Below, in pieces: positions 1 to 10,432 of a stretch of 64,000 nucleotides of DNA. The position numbers and the translations under genes were made by a program. Location: the NCBI GenBank assembly GCA_963664405.1, contig OY761158.1, positions 4,768,001 to 4,832,000 of the forward strand, read 5' to 3'. The notes below the pieces were generated by a model. It was not told the origin of the DNA. It ran no database searches and saw only the letters and a list, made by a program, of their open reading frames with translations. The DNA is from Thermoanaerobaculia bacterium. GTDB lineage: Bacteria; Acidobacteriota; Thermoanaerobaculia; Multivoradales; Multivoraceae. Each line of letters begins with the position of its first letter. Within the stretch, counting starts at the first letter, position 1.

Positions 1-813
1 CGCAGCGTCGAGGATGTCGGCAACATCATCCCTGGCGCCAAGCAGCCGGATGCCCCCGGTCGGCACGGCCGTAGCCACCTGCGAGCGAAGCTCTTCGCGC
101 AGCTCGCCGTCCCCAACAACGAGAAGCTGCGCATCGGGGTGCTGTTGAGAGATCAGACGTTGCGCAGCGAAGAGGTCGGGGTAGGCCTTGATCGCAGCCA
201 ATCTTCCCACGGCCACGATTACAGTCGCCGAGGAGCCGATGCCGAGTTTGCGTCGCATCTCCACCCTGTGCCCGAACTCCGGCCTTGCCGAAACGGCGAC
301 TACATTGGGGATGGTGACGACGGGTACCGGCGCGTAGCGCGCCCGGTTCGCCTCGGCTACGCTCTCAGCCACCGCAACGATCCGGTCGGCGCATCGGCGT
401 AGGGACCAGTCTTCGAGCAGCTGACGCCAGGGATGGCGAGTGTCTCGAGCGCTTGCATGCAAGGAGGCGACGGTGGGGAGACCGCCGCGCCGAGCGCATA
501 CGAGGCCGATCGTATTCGCGTAGGCGAGATGGGTGTGTACGAGGTCGAAGCGCTGCGAGGACAGCCAGGCTGCGAGATCGCGAATGCGACCGGGGCTGAT
601 CAGGCGGCGACCCGGGAAACGGAAGATGGGGATCTCTAGCCGGTCCAGCTCCCGCGTGTAGGGGGCTTCTAGCTCGCGTGAGTCGTTGAGCTCGACGATC
701 GTCAGGCGGGCCTCCGCCGGCTCCAAATATTCGGCTAGCGTCACCAGAAGACGCTCAGCGCCTCCCCAGTCGAGCGAGTCCACGATATGGACGAGACGTA
801 GCTCGGAGGCCAA
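1..813 (-). CDS. GT4 family glycosyltransferase (3' end beyond window)
   Basis: Manual translation, not in ORF track: TTG start, LRLVHIVDSLDWGGAERLL at the N-terminus, ...HPDAQLLVVGDGELREEL...RLLGARDDVADILDAA at the window edge. Confidence 0.85.
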   Translation of the reverse strand, partial: MASELRLVHIVDSLDWGGAERLLVTLAEYLEPAEARLTIVELNDSRELEAPYTRELDRLEIPIFRFPGRRLISPGRIRDLAAWLSSQRFDLVHTHLAYANTIGLVCARRGGLPTVASLHASARDTRHPWRQLLEDWSLRRCADRIVAVAESVAEANRARYAPVPVVTIPNVVAVSARPEFGHRVEMRRKLGIGSSATVIVAVGRLAAIKAYPDLFAAQRLISQQHPDAQLLVVGDGELREELRSQVATAVPTGGIRLLGARDDVADILDAA

Positions 814-836
814 GTCGATCGCGGAGGGTGCGCCCG

Positions 837-1541
837 CTAGCATGCACCGCGCTGGCGCAGTACGGCAGGGACCGTGCGTAGCAAGATCTTCATATCGAGC
901 AGCAGCCCGCGCCGGCGTGAGTACTCGACGTCGTACGCCACCCACTGATCGAAGTCGGTCTCGCCGCGCGCGAGCACCTGCCAGAGGCCAGTCAAGCCCT
1001 GCGGCACGTCGAGGCGGCGATGCTCGCCAGGCCCATAGGTCTCTGGGGGAAAAGACGTCGGTCGCGGCCCCACCAGACTCATGTCGCCGCGGAGCACGTT
1101 GAGCAGCTGGGGTAGCTCGTCGAGGCTGGTGCGCCGCAACGCGCGCCCGAACGGAGTGATACGGGGGTTCATCTCCTCTTTGACCGGACGCCAGGGGCCC
1201 TGGTAGACGTCGGGGACCAGGCCACCTTCGCTGATCGAATCTTCCCGGGTAATCATGGTGCGGAACTTATACATCCCAAATCGACAGCCACCGCGACCGG
1301 TGCGCATCTGGCAGTAGAAGACCGCCTGTTGCAGCGACGACAGCCGAGCCACGATCGCGACGACGCCGAGAAGTGGCAACCAGATCGGTGAGGTCGCGAG
1401 CACGAGTACCACATCGAGCGCCCGCTTGGTCCGCTCGTAGCTCGCTGCGTCTTGTGGGCGGGCCAATGCGCAGCGCTCGACCCAGCGCGGAAGAGTCGGC
1501 GAGGCTCCAGCATCTGGCGCACCCGCCTCTTCAAGGACCAC
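837..1541 (-). CDS. Bacterial sugar transferase (priming polyprenyl glycosylphosphotransferase, WcaJ/EpsL-like)
   Basis: Motifs KRALDV, YKFRTM, PRITPFGRALRRTSLDELPQLLNVLRGDMSLVGPRP, GLTGLWQV. Start placed at GTG 1541 after GGAGGAG because the longer ORF-track start lies inside the IS. Confidence 0.9.
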   Translation of the reverse strand: MVLEEAGAPDAGASPTLPRWVERCALARPQDAASYERTKRALDVVLVLATSPIWLPLLGVVAIVARLSSLQQAVFYCQMRTGRGGCRFGMYKFRTMITREDSISEGGLVPDVYQGPWRPVKEEMNPRITPFGRALRRTSLDELPQLLNVLRGDMSLVGPRPTSFPPETYGPGEHRRLDVPQGLTGLWQVLARGETDFDQWVAYDVEYSRRRGLLLDMKILLRTVPAVLRQRGAC

Positions 1542-1577
1542 CGGCTCCTCCCCCGCGGCTGCGGGAAACGAAGCTAA

Positions 1578-3582
1578 GGGTCGGCGCGGAAATAAGTTTC
1601 CAGTATCTGGGGTGACCATACCACTGCCCCCTTCTTCAGCCACCGCATAATCCTCCGGTACGCGCCTTGTTTGCAAGGTTTAGAGCTAGCATAGCCCTGC
1701 CCGCATTTGGTATAGTTTTCCCTGTCACCTCTTTTGGAAGGGGAACTATACCAAATGGTACGAGCCGAAGATCGTGATGCAACAGTGCGCGAGCTCTTGA
1801 TGAGCGAACAGATGGCCACCATGGATGAGCTCAAGGACGCCATGGGAACCCGAGCCACCATGACGGTCTACCGTTCGCTGTCTCGATTGGGCTATTTGGC
1901 CAGCTACTCGGATCGAGGGCGGTTCTATACCTTGAACGAGATTCCCGATTTCGACGATCTGGGTTTGTGGTCGTGCGGTTCGGCGAGGTTCAGTCGGCAT
2001 GGCAGCCTCCTCGAAACTGCGGTGGCTGCCGTGGACCGGTCCGCTGCCGGCTATACGGCTTCTGAACTCGAGCTCCTGCTGCAGGTCGAGGTCAAGCACG
2101 CGATGTTGCACCTCGTTCGTCGCAAGAGAATCGTACGATCCAGAGTTGGGAAGAGGTTCGTATACTTGTGCTCGGAAACAGGGCGCCGTCGTCAGCAGAA
2201 GCTGATGCGCAACGAACGGCAGGCTCTCCAGGATGTAGCTGCCAGCCTCGTTCCAGAAGTGCTCCCCGAGGAGCTCAGGGCTGCCATCGTTTTATTCTTC
2301 AGCCTGCTAGACGAACGCCAGCGGCGGCTCTTCGCTGGCCTGGAAGCGACCAAGCTCGGGCATGGCGGCGACCGGAAGATCGCCGATCTTCTGGACCTGG
2401 ACCCTCATACAGTCGCAAAAGGACGTCGCGAGCTCTTCGGCGGCTCCGTGGAGCGCGGAAGAGTTCGAAGAGCAGGCGGTGGCAACCAACGAGTGGAAAA
2501 AAAACGCCCGAGATAGTCGATGGAATCCATTCCATACTCGAGGCCGATATAGCTGGTGATCCCATGTCATCAAAAAGATGGACGCACGAGACCGCTGCAA
2601 AGGTGGCCCAATGCCTTGCCGAACGCCTTGACATCATCGTATCGGCTACGGTGGTGCGTCGATTGCTCGCAGACCTGAACTATTCCCTCAAGAGCAATAG
2701 GAAATGTCTGTCTTCGGGGAACTCCCCAGATCGTGATGCACAGTTCAAGGCCATCAAGCGACTGCGCGAGGATTTCACAAGCGCTGGCGACCCGATCATC
2801 AGCGTCGATACGAAGAAGAAGGAGCTGATCGGTCGGTTCAAGAACCAGGGACAGACATGGTGCCGCGAGGCCAAGCGGGTCAAGGATCACGACTTCCGGT
2901 CCGAAGCTCTCGCCATCGCCTCCCCCTATGGGATCTACGATCTTCAGAGGAACTTCGGCGTTCTCGTCCTCGGACAGTCGTCGGACACGCCGGAGTTCGC
3001 TGTCAACAGCATCGCGACCTGGTGGCTCAAATACGGTCGATCTCACTATCCGGCGTCTCAGCGTCTCCTCATTCTTGCCGACAGCGGCGCAAGCAACGGC
3101 GCACGGCTTCGAGCCTGGAAGAAGTACCTCCAGGAGAAGCTCGTAGACAAGTGCGGCCTCATCATCACCGTCGCCCACTATCCAACTGGCACCAGTAAAT
3201 GGAATCCCATCGAGCACAGGATGTTCAGCGAGATCAGCAAGAACTGGGCCGGAGTTCCTCTCGAGAGTTTCGAGATCCTCGTCAACCTCGTCCGCAACAC
3301 GACGACATCCACCGGACTGCGCGTCGAGCCGTGCCGTGATCAACGCCAATACCAGAAAGGAGTCAGGGTATCGGACAAGGAAATGCTGCAGCTCGCGGTG
3401 GCCAGGAGCGACTTCCTAGGAAAGTGGAACTACACCCTCTCGCCGAGACCGCGAACCGAGCAGGAAGAGCTTGCCCCACAGCCTGGGCTCAGCTCACCAC
3501 CACCTCCAATGCAGCGACCGCCCTGTGGCGCCTCGGCCTCACACGCTCCGGCGATAATGTGAAGTTATTTCCGCGCCGACCC
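1578..3582 (+). mobile_element. ISAzo13-family insertion sequence
   Basis: 18-bp terminal inverted repeats GGGTCGGCGCGGAAATAA (from 1578) / TTATTTCCGCGCCGACCC (to 3582); TAA on both flanks (1575-1577, 3583-3585); transposase inside. Confidence 0.9.
1734..3562 (+). CDS. ISAzo13 (Rhodopirellula-type) DDE transposase, two ORFs joined by a probable -1 frameshift
   Basis: ORF1 1734-2516 ends LDERQRRLFAG...GGGNQRVEKK; ORF2 has GDPMS, DRDAQF, ISVDTKKKELIG, DHDF, HYPTGTSKWNPIEHRMFS, WNYTL; A8 run at about 2497-2504 at the frame switch. Confidence 0.88.
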
Positions 3583-3585
3583 TAA

Positions 3586-3793
3586 GCGCCCGCAACGAAT
3601 ACCCGAGCCGAGCGCATCGACCGACGACGACCGCGAGACCCAGCGCCAGCAGGATCGTCTTGACCACCGGCGGGCCGGGCCACCACTGCGCGTCGTCTCC
3701 GAGCCTCAAGTAGATCGCTGCCACGAGGAGTAGGAGCGGCCAGTCGCTTCTCAGCAACCGATCCAAGCGCGTCTTCGAAGCGGAATCAGGCAA
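3586..3793 (-). pseudogene. 5' part of a small membrane protein or truncated Wzy/ligase-like gene interrupted by ISAzo13
   Basis: Two hydrophobic segments; start overlaps the GT4 stop; removing the IS joins it in frame to 1531-1577, giving 84 aa. Confidence 0.5.
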
Positions 3794-5024
3794 GGTCTGG
3801 ACTCCTGCCGCGGATCAAACGCCCGAGGGCCAGACCGGTCTGCCGGATGTCGTACTCCTCCTCCACCAGTCGACGGCCTCGTCGTGCGAGCGCTCGCGCC
3901 GCGGGGTAGTCGCTGGCAACAGACTCGAGAGCGTCGGCGAGAGCCGCGGCATCGGCCACCGGCACGAGGATGCCGGTCTCACCTGGGCGCACGAGCTCCG
4001 GGATGCCGGTGAGGTCCGATGCGATCACCGGCAGCTCACAGGCGAGAGCCTCCATCAAGGCCACGGGTAGACCCTCGCGCTTGCCCGAGGGCATCCTGAT
4101 GCTGGGCTGCGTATAGCAGTGGGCGGTGGGGAGGATCGTGGCAATTTCATCTTGGGTACGCGGGCCCAGAAGCGCGACCTGTTCTCCGAGCCCGTTCTCT
4201 TCGATGGTCTGCTGCAGAGCCCGCCCGAGAGGGCCGCCGCCGACGATCCGGCATCGGAAGGCAACTCCACGGTGTTGCAGATCGAGACATGCTTGGAGAA
4301 GGTACTCGAAACCCTTATAGAGTTCCAGGCTGCCGATGGAGAGAATCTCGAGAGGACCTCGATCGGCCTGCCAGGGAGCGGCGGGGCGGTAGCGGCCGAC
4401 CTCGATGCCGCAGCGGACGACGTGAGTTTTCTCCGCAGCCCAGCTTCCGATCACGTTCTCGATGAAGCGATGATTGTGATGGCTGACGGTGATGAGGAAG
4501 GCGGCGTCCCGCAGCTTGGCAGCGAGCATGGAGCGGTCGACGAAGATGTCATGTGCGTGCATCGTGATGCTATAGGGCACCCCGGTCATGTGGTGGACGA
4601 TCCACGCCATCAGCGCCGAATGAGTGGCGTAATGAACATGCAGGTGAGCGATGTCCGAGCGCCTCACCCACCGGCTCGCCGCCATCGCTTTCGGCAGGAT
4701 GACCGCCGCGCGCAGGAGAAATCCTGGGCTCGAGCGGTTTCCCCACAAAGCCTCCCAGGCCAGCTTCGAGGCGCGAAGGGGTCGGCGAGCAACGGCGGTT
4801 GCGGCGGCGAGCCAGGTGGACGGCGCTGTCAGTGACAGTTCGACGACGAGATCAGAAAGGGCCCCTGCCTCGCTGTGGGCGATCGATGGCCGCTCCACGA
4901 TCAGAGGCAGGATGTGCAGGTCCCAGCCGCGACGCCGCATCTCGCAGATCTCGCGCAGAATGAAGGTCTCGGTCAGCAGCGGAAAGCGCGACGGGATGTA
5001 GGCGAGACGGGGGTTGGCGCTCAC
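3786..5024 (-). CDS. GT4 glycosyltransferase (WcaL-like)
   Basis: FPLLTETFILREI, HLHVHYATH, TMHAHDIF, REGLPVALMEALAC (EX7E); GTGA overlap with the upstream gene. Confidence 0.9.
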   Translation of the reverse strand: MSANPRLAYIPSRFPLLTETFILREICEMRRRGWDLHILPLIVERPSIAHSEAGALSDLVVELSLTAPSTWLAAATAVARRPLRASKLAWEALWGNRSSPGFLLRAAVILPKAMAASRWVRRSDIAHLHVHYATHSALMAWIVHHMTGVPYSITMHAHDIFVDRSMLAAKLRDAAFLITVSHHNHRFIENVIGSWAAEKTHVVRCGIEVGRYRPAAPWQADRGPLEILSIGSLELYKGFEYLLQACLDLQHRGVAFRCRIVGGGPLGRALQQTIEENGLGEQVALLGPRTQDEIATILPTAHCYTQPSIRMPSGKREGLPVALMEALACELPVIASDLTGIPELVRPGETGILVPVADAAALADALESVASDYPAARALARRGRRLVEEEYDIRQTGLALGRLIRGRSPDLA

Positions 5025-7066
5025 CCCTTGCGCCTCCTTCCGAGCCAATTCGGTGGCGGGACCCGGCTGTCCATTCCCACCGGACCCCAGCTTGCCGGGC
5101 GCGTCCTCTTGCTCCAGCGCACGATCCCCTCGCGCGGCCAGATCCTCATGTAGGACGTTGGGACATACTTACCCTCGTCGAAGAGTTGGCGGCGCGTGAC
5201 AGAGGTTTTGAGAGCGAGGGCGGTCGACGTTTCATCGCGGCCTATCCGCAGGAGAGCCCCGCCGTTGGCGGTGGCGAATCGCCCGCGGAGACTGTGGTGA
5301 GGAGTGATGAACTCGAGCCCGGGATCTTCCATCCAGCCTTCTCCGACCATCGCCTTTACGCCCGGGTTCGCCGCTGCCAGGTCGGCGAGCCGATGCATGG
5401 AGTCGACGTAGTCCTTGCCCATTTCGCCTCCCGCCAGAACGTGGGTGTGTGCCTGGTAGACAGGGGTGAGGCCGCGAGCCGCCACTCGGAGGACTCGAAG
5501 GAGTTGGACGAAGCTCACTGGACGATATTTCGCGAGCTCGCTGCGCCCCGGCCCGTCACTCACTTCGACCGAGAGTTCTCCGAGCGGTATGAGTCGAGAG
5601 CTGAGAACCGCGAGGTCTTTGAGGAACTCGTCGCTCTCGAGGCTGTAGTGGGCGTCTTCGAGTGTGGTCATCTGGCGCAGGATTCGAGCTGCATGAACTA
5701 GGACCACGCTTCGTATGCTAGTCGGGATTCTGAGCGTTTCGTGTCGAGGGTCCGCGTTGGTGATCAGCCAGGCGAGTGCGAAGCGGTTATAGGCCGCGAC
5801 CAGCTCAGGGCGTGTCGAGGCGATGGTCGACTCCGCCAACAGCATCTCTGGCGGTGGCTCGCGATAGGTCGCCGTCGGAGTCTTCGGCAGCGCCAGAGCG
5901 GCATACTGTTCAGGCTCGATCGCATCGTCCTGCGCTCCGGCGAAGCCGCTGATGCGCTTTCGCAGCGACTCACACAGCTCGTCGGCTGCGGATCTCGAGT
6001 CCTCAGGCGCGACCCGAGGTGTGGCGGCTCCGGTCGGCCCATCGAGGAGATGTCCGTGTCTGTTGCGGCCGTAGTATTGAGCAGGAGGTACTCGACTCTC
6101 CATCCCCACCTCTCCCCAGCTCGCCAGTCGGCTGCGCCGACTCCAGGCCACCATGGCGTCGCGGGGCCACAGCCGCAGGTAGTTGGTCGGCACATACTTT
6201 CCCTCTTCGTAGAGTTGACGTCGCGTTCGCGAGTTGGCCAGGGCGTGGGCGGTCGACGCCTCGTCGCGACCCAGCCGGAAGATGCTGCCTCCGTTGCGGA
6301 TCGTGACGCGCCACCTCATGCTGTGGTGAGGGGTGACGAACTCGAGAGCCGGATCGACCATCCAGCTATTCCCTGCGAGGCCCTTCAAGTGGGTATTCGC
6401 CGCAACGATGTCGGCCAACCGGTGGTGGCCGGTGATGTAGCTTCGGTCATTGCGCTCGCCCAATGAGAGAAGGTGATTGTGAGCGACGACCATAGGCCCC
6501 CTGCCGCGGAGCCGGTAGAGCGCCCACAGCGCTCGCAATGCCTGCAGCGGGCCGTCGCCCGTCAAGATCCTGCGGGTCGGTCCCCTGTGCACATCCATGG
6601 AGCTCTCGCCGAAAGGGACCAGTCTGAAGAGAAGGGTCGCCAGATCCTTGACGTAGGCATCTGTTGAGAGATCGTAGGCCTCGTCGGCCAGCCGCTCCAT
6701 CTGACGCAGGATGCGAGCGAAGTGGACCGGGTAGAGGGCGAGAATGCTCCATGGCAGCTGCAGCGCACTGCGTGAGGGGTCGCTGCTGAGGATCAACCAG
6801 GCGAGCATGAAGCGGTTGTAGAGAGGTAGGAGATCGCTCTTCTTCGCCGCGATCTCCGACGACGCCGCCAACAGCTCCTCGGGTAGGCGGTTGTAGTGAG
6901 ACGACGAGATCTCAGCCAACGACAGTGCCGCGTATTGCTCGGGGGCCGGCAGGTCGCCGTCTGGGCCGCCACCCGTTTCCGCGATGCGCTCGCGCAGAGA
7001 CGCGCAGAGATCGGTTGCCTCGCGGCGTAGATCGGCTAGGTCGTGGACTGGATGTTCAGGGAACAA
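5021..7066 (-). CDS. Uncharacterised 681-aa protein made of two homologous ~320-aa domains
   Basis: Both halves share PEQYAAL, YNRFxLAWLI, KDLA, WMxDPxLEFxTPHHS, NGG, TRRQLxxEGKYVPTxYxRxWPR, ASWGxVGMxSRVPP. Confidence 0.8.
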   Translation of the reverse strand: MFPEHPVHDLADLRREATDLCASLRERIAETGGGPDGDLPAPEQYAALSLAEISSSHYNRLPEELLAASSEIAAKKSDLLPLYNRFMLAWLILSSDPSRSALQLPWSILALYPVHFARILRQMERLADEAYDLSTDAYVKDLATLLFRLVPFGESSMDVHRGPTRRILTGDGPLQALRALWALYRLRGRGPMVVAHNHLLSLGERNDRSYITGHHRLADIVAANTHLKGLAGNSWMVDPALEFVTPHHSMRWRVTIRNGGSIFRLGRDEASTAHALANSRTRRQLYEEGKYVPTNYLRLWPRDAMVAWSRRSRLASWGEVGMESRVPPAQYYGRNRHGHLLDGPTGAATPRVAPEDSRSAADELCESLRKRISGFAGAQDDAIEPEQYAALALPKTPTATYREPPPEMLLAESTIASTRPELVAAYNRFALAWLITNADPRHETLRIPTSIRSVVLVHAARILRQMTTLEDAHYSLESDEFLKDLAVLSSRLIPLGELSVEVSDGPGRSELAKYRPVSFVQLLRVLRVAARGLTPVYQAHTHVLAGGEMGKDYVDSMHRLADLAAANPGVKAMVGEGWMEDPGLEFITPHHSLRGRFATANGGALLRIGRDETSTALALKTSVTRRQLFDEGKYVPTSYMRIWPREGIVRWSKRTRPASWGPVGMDSRVPPPNWLGRRRKG

Positions 7067-7116
7067 GATTGACCGATCTCGGCTGTCGTCTGTGACTCGG
7101 TTAGTCTACGTTGAGA

Positions 7117-8505
7117 ATGACGACACCCGAGCAGGCTCTGACTGAGCTATGGCAGCTCGCCGGCGGGCCAGCCGAGGCGCTCGACTCCGCCATTCTTCGC
7201 GGCGAAGAGCCGGTGCTACCTTCCATCTTTCGCGTCGGTACCGCGGCTGCCGCGACCACCGCGGCTTCGGGCTTGGCGGCGAGCGAGCTCTGGCGCTTGC
7301 GCAGCGGCCGCCGTCAGACCGTGACTGTCGACATGCGGGCTGCGGCGATCGCTTTTCGGGCCGAGCGTTACCTTCGCATCGACGACGGCCCGCCGCCTAG
7401 CGGCTGGGATGATCTCGCCGGCTACTACCAGACCGGCGATGGTCGCTGGATCCAGCTCCACACCAACTTTCCCCACCATCGCGCCGGCGCCCTCGAGGTT
7501 CTCGACTGCGAGCCCAACCGTGACGCGGTGGCCAAGGCCTTGTGCGGCTGGGAGGGGGCTGCGATCGACGACGCCCTCGCCGAGCGCGGTCTCTGTGCCG
7601 CCCTCATGCGCAGCAGCGAGGAGTGGAGCCGGCATCCGCACGCCGTCGAGCTCGCGACCCTGCCCGTATTCGAGATCGAGCGCATCGGTGATGCCGACCC
7701 CGAGCCGCTGCCCGCTGCCGATCGGCCGCTGGCCGGCGTGCGCGTGCTCGACCTCACCCGGGTGATCGCCGGACCCGTATGTGGTCGCGAGCTCGCTTCG
7801 CATGGTGCGACGGTGCTGCGGGTGTCGGGTCCGCATCTGCCAAGCCTTCCCGCGCTGGTGATCGAGAGCGGGCGCGGCAAGCACTCGACCTTCATCGACC
7901 TGCGTCAGGAGGAGGGCCGCGACCGCCTCCGCGCCCTGGTACGCGAGGCCGACGTCTTCGTCCAGGGCTATCGACCCGGCGCCATAGCGGGGCGCGGTTT
8001 CTCGCCCGAAGAGCTCGCCCGCGAGCGCCCCGGGATCGTTTGCGTTTCGCTCTCCGCCTATGGGCGCAAGGGCCCGTGGTCCGGGCGCCGCGGCTTCGAC
8101 AGTCTGGTCCAGGTCGCCACCGGCATCGCCGACGCGGGTAGCCGCGCCGCCGGGGTCGACGGGCCCAAGCCGCTCCCTTGCCAGGCGCTCGATCACGGCT
8201 CGGGCTTCCTCTGCGCCTTCGGGGCGATGATGGGTCTCGTGAAGCGTTGCGAGGAAGGGGGCAGCTGGCACGTCAGGCTCTCGCTGGCGCAGACCGGGCG
8301 TTGGATCGAGAGCCTCGGGTGTATCGATGCTCTCGGCTACCCCGATCCCGGCGCGGAAGATGTCGCCGATCTCTTGGATACCGTCGAATCTCCCTTCGGG
8401 AAGGTCACCTACGTGCGCTCGCCGGTGGGCCTGGGAGAGACTCCTCCTCTCTGGGAGAGTCCTCCAGTCCCGCTGGGAACCCATCCGCCGGAATGGCCGA
8501 GGTAA
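7117..8505 (+). CDS. CoA-transferase family III (CaiB/BaiF)
   Basis: [48 protein letters not shown]. Confidence 0.92.
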   Translation: MTTPEQALTELWQLAGGPAEALDSAILRGEEPVLPSIFRVGTAAAATTAASGLAASELWRLRSGRRQTVTVDMRAAAIAFRAERYLRIDDGPPPSGWDDLAGYYQTGDGRWIQLHTNFPHHRAGALEVLDCEPNRDAVAKALCGWEGAAIDDALAERGLCAALMRSSEEWSRHPHAVELATLPVFEIERIGDADPEPLPAADRPLAGVRVLDLTRVIAGPVCGRELASHGATVLRVSGPHLPSLPALVIESGRGKHSTFIDLRQEEGRDRLRALVREADVFVQGYRPGAIAGRGFSPEELARERPGIVCVSLSAYGRKGPWSGRRGFDSLVQVATGIADAGSRAAGVDGPKPLPCQALDHGSGFLCAFGAMMGLVKRCEEGGSWHVRLSLAQTGRWIESLGCIDALGYPDPGAEDVADLLDTVESPFGKVTYVRSPVGLGETPPLWESPPVPLGTHPPEWPR

Positions 8506-8506
8506 G

Positions 8507-9370
8507 TTGGATCGATTCCTGAAAGATCTGCGCTACGGCCTGCGCATGCTGGCGCGCGCGCCGGGAGTGACGGCGTTGGCGCTTCTTTCTCTCGGCCTGG
8601 GGATCGGCGCCAACACCACCATCTTCACCTGGACCCGAGCCACGTTACTCAATCCTCTGCCGGGCGTGGAGGATGTGGATCGTCTGGCCCTGGTCCTCGG
8701 CCGCCTCGCCGGGGGGCGCATGATCAGTGTCTCGGTTCCCGACTACCTCGACTACCGCGATCGGAGCCAGACCTTCTCCGGCGTCGTGGCCCACTCGATG
8801 TATCCCCTCATTGCCAGGATCGACGCCGAGCCGGAGAATGTCTGGTCAGAAATCGTCTCGGGGAACTTTTTCGATGTTCTGGGCGTGGAGCCGATCGTCG
8901 GTCGGACATTCTTGCCGGAAGAGGATCGCACTCCCGGTACCCACGCGGTGACCGTGATCAGCGAGAGACTGTGGCCGCAGGCGATCGGCGCTGCGATGCT
9001 CGCTCCTTTCAGTCTCCTGGCGTTGCTCCTCGCCTCGATGGGGCTCTACGGCGTGATGTCTTTCGCGGTCTCCCAACGTCGTCAGGAGATCGGCATCCGC
9101 ATGGCCCTGGTTACCGACCGCCGCAGCGTACATCGACTTTTTGTGCGTCGCGGCGTGCTGTTGACGCTGATAGGGACGATTCTCGGTGTTCTCATCATCG
9201 TGCCTGTCGGAAGGCTGGTCGAAACCCTGCTTCTCGGCGCGAGTGCCACCGATCCGGTGGTCTTCCTCACCGTAATCGCGGTGCTCTGGGGTGCGGCTTT
9301 TCTTGCCTGCTCGATCCCCGCCTCACGCGCCTCGCGCTACGATCCGATCCGAGCGTTACGCTACGAGTAA
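8507..9370 (+). pseudogene. ADOP/MacB-type ABC permease with a large in-frame internal deletion
   Basis: N-terminal DLRYGLRML...[12 protein letters not shown] and C-terminal [23 protein letters not shown]...DPIRALRYE are joined at VISERLW|PQ; 287 aa versus about 800 aa typical for the family. Confidence 0.8.
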
Positions 9371-9374
9371 TCCG

Positions 9375-10178
9375 ATGACGATCGAGACCGGCGACGAGGG
9401 ACTTGCCGAACGGGTGGCCATCGTCACCGGTGGTGGCGCTGCGGGCGATGGGATCGGCAACGGCCGAGCCGCCTGCATCCTGCTCGCTCGATCCGGCGCT
9501 CGCGTTCTGGTCGTCGATCGCCGGCCCGAGCTCGCGCAACGCACGGTCGAGATGATCGTGGAGGAAGGTTACGAGGCGGCGGCCTGGGAGGCCGACGTCA
9601 CTGCGAGCGCGGATTGCGAAGCGATGGTGGCGGAGGCACTACGGCGGTGGTCGCGGCTCGACGTTCTGGTGAACAACGTCGGCGTCGGCAGTCGGGGCTC
9701 GGTGGTCGACGAGCCGATCGAGACCTTCGCGCGGGTGATGAAGATCAACGTCGAGTCGATGGTGTTGGCGTCGAAGTACGCGATTCCGGCGATGATCGAG
9801 AGCGGCGACGGTGGCGCGATCGTCAATATCTCGTCGATCTCGGCTCTGCGACCGCGGGGGCTGACCAGCTACTCCACGTCGAAGGGAGCGGTGATCGCTC
9901 TCACCAAGGCGATGGCGGCGGATCACGGTGCCGAGGGCGTTCGCGTCAACTGCGTCGCGCCGGGTCCGGTTTACACGCCGATGGTCTACAGCCGGGGGAT
10001 GAGCGACGAGACCAGAGAGCAACGGCAGCAGGCGTCGCTGCTCAAAGTCGAGGGAACCGGCTGGGATATCGGTCAGGCGGTGCGCTTCCTCGCTTCGGAG
10101 CGGGCGCGCTACATCACCGGTTAGGTGCTTGTGGTCGACGGTGGCACTACCGTCGTTGGGCCGACTCGCGGCAACTGA
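9375..10178 (+). pseudogene. SDR-family oxidoreductase with a premature TAG at 10122-10124
   Basis: VAIVTGG, LVNNVG, YSTSK (YxxxK), VNCVAPG; the conserved tail YITG*VLVVDGG continues past the stop to TGA at 10178. Confidence 0.85.
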
Positions 10179-10432
10179 GGCCTGGGGCCGGCGCGGTCGC
10201 GGACAGGTGGCGCTGCCGACCTTCTCGGCGCCTTGCAGCGGGCCGTTTGATCCGGCGAGCTCGTCGTCCCAGGTCGGGAAAAGCCTCTGTGAAGCGCTCG
10301 TACCCGAGCGGCTCGTCGTTGCCCCGATGAGCCTCAGGCATGCCATCCGCCAGATCCGTCGCGGCCGTTGGCACCTTGCGGGGAAGAGCGGAGTTAGAAT
10401 CGTGGGCGGACTATCTCGAAAGGAGGCTGGAT

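Noticed and set aside
1542-1676. N-terminal extension of the sugar transferase given by the ORF track
   Set aside because: Positions above 1577 lie inside the ISAzo13 left end, and a good RBS plus GTG exists at 1541
7216-8484. 422-aa minus-strand ORF
   Set aside because: Antisense to the well-supported CoA-transferase
10122-10124. Pyrrolysine or genome-wide TAG recoding
   Set aside because: Many intact genes in the window end in TAG, and only one in-frame case was seen
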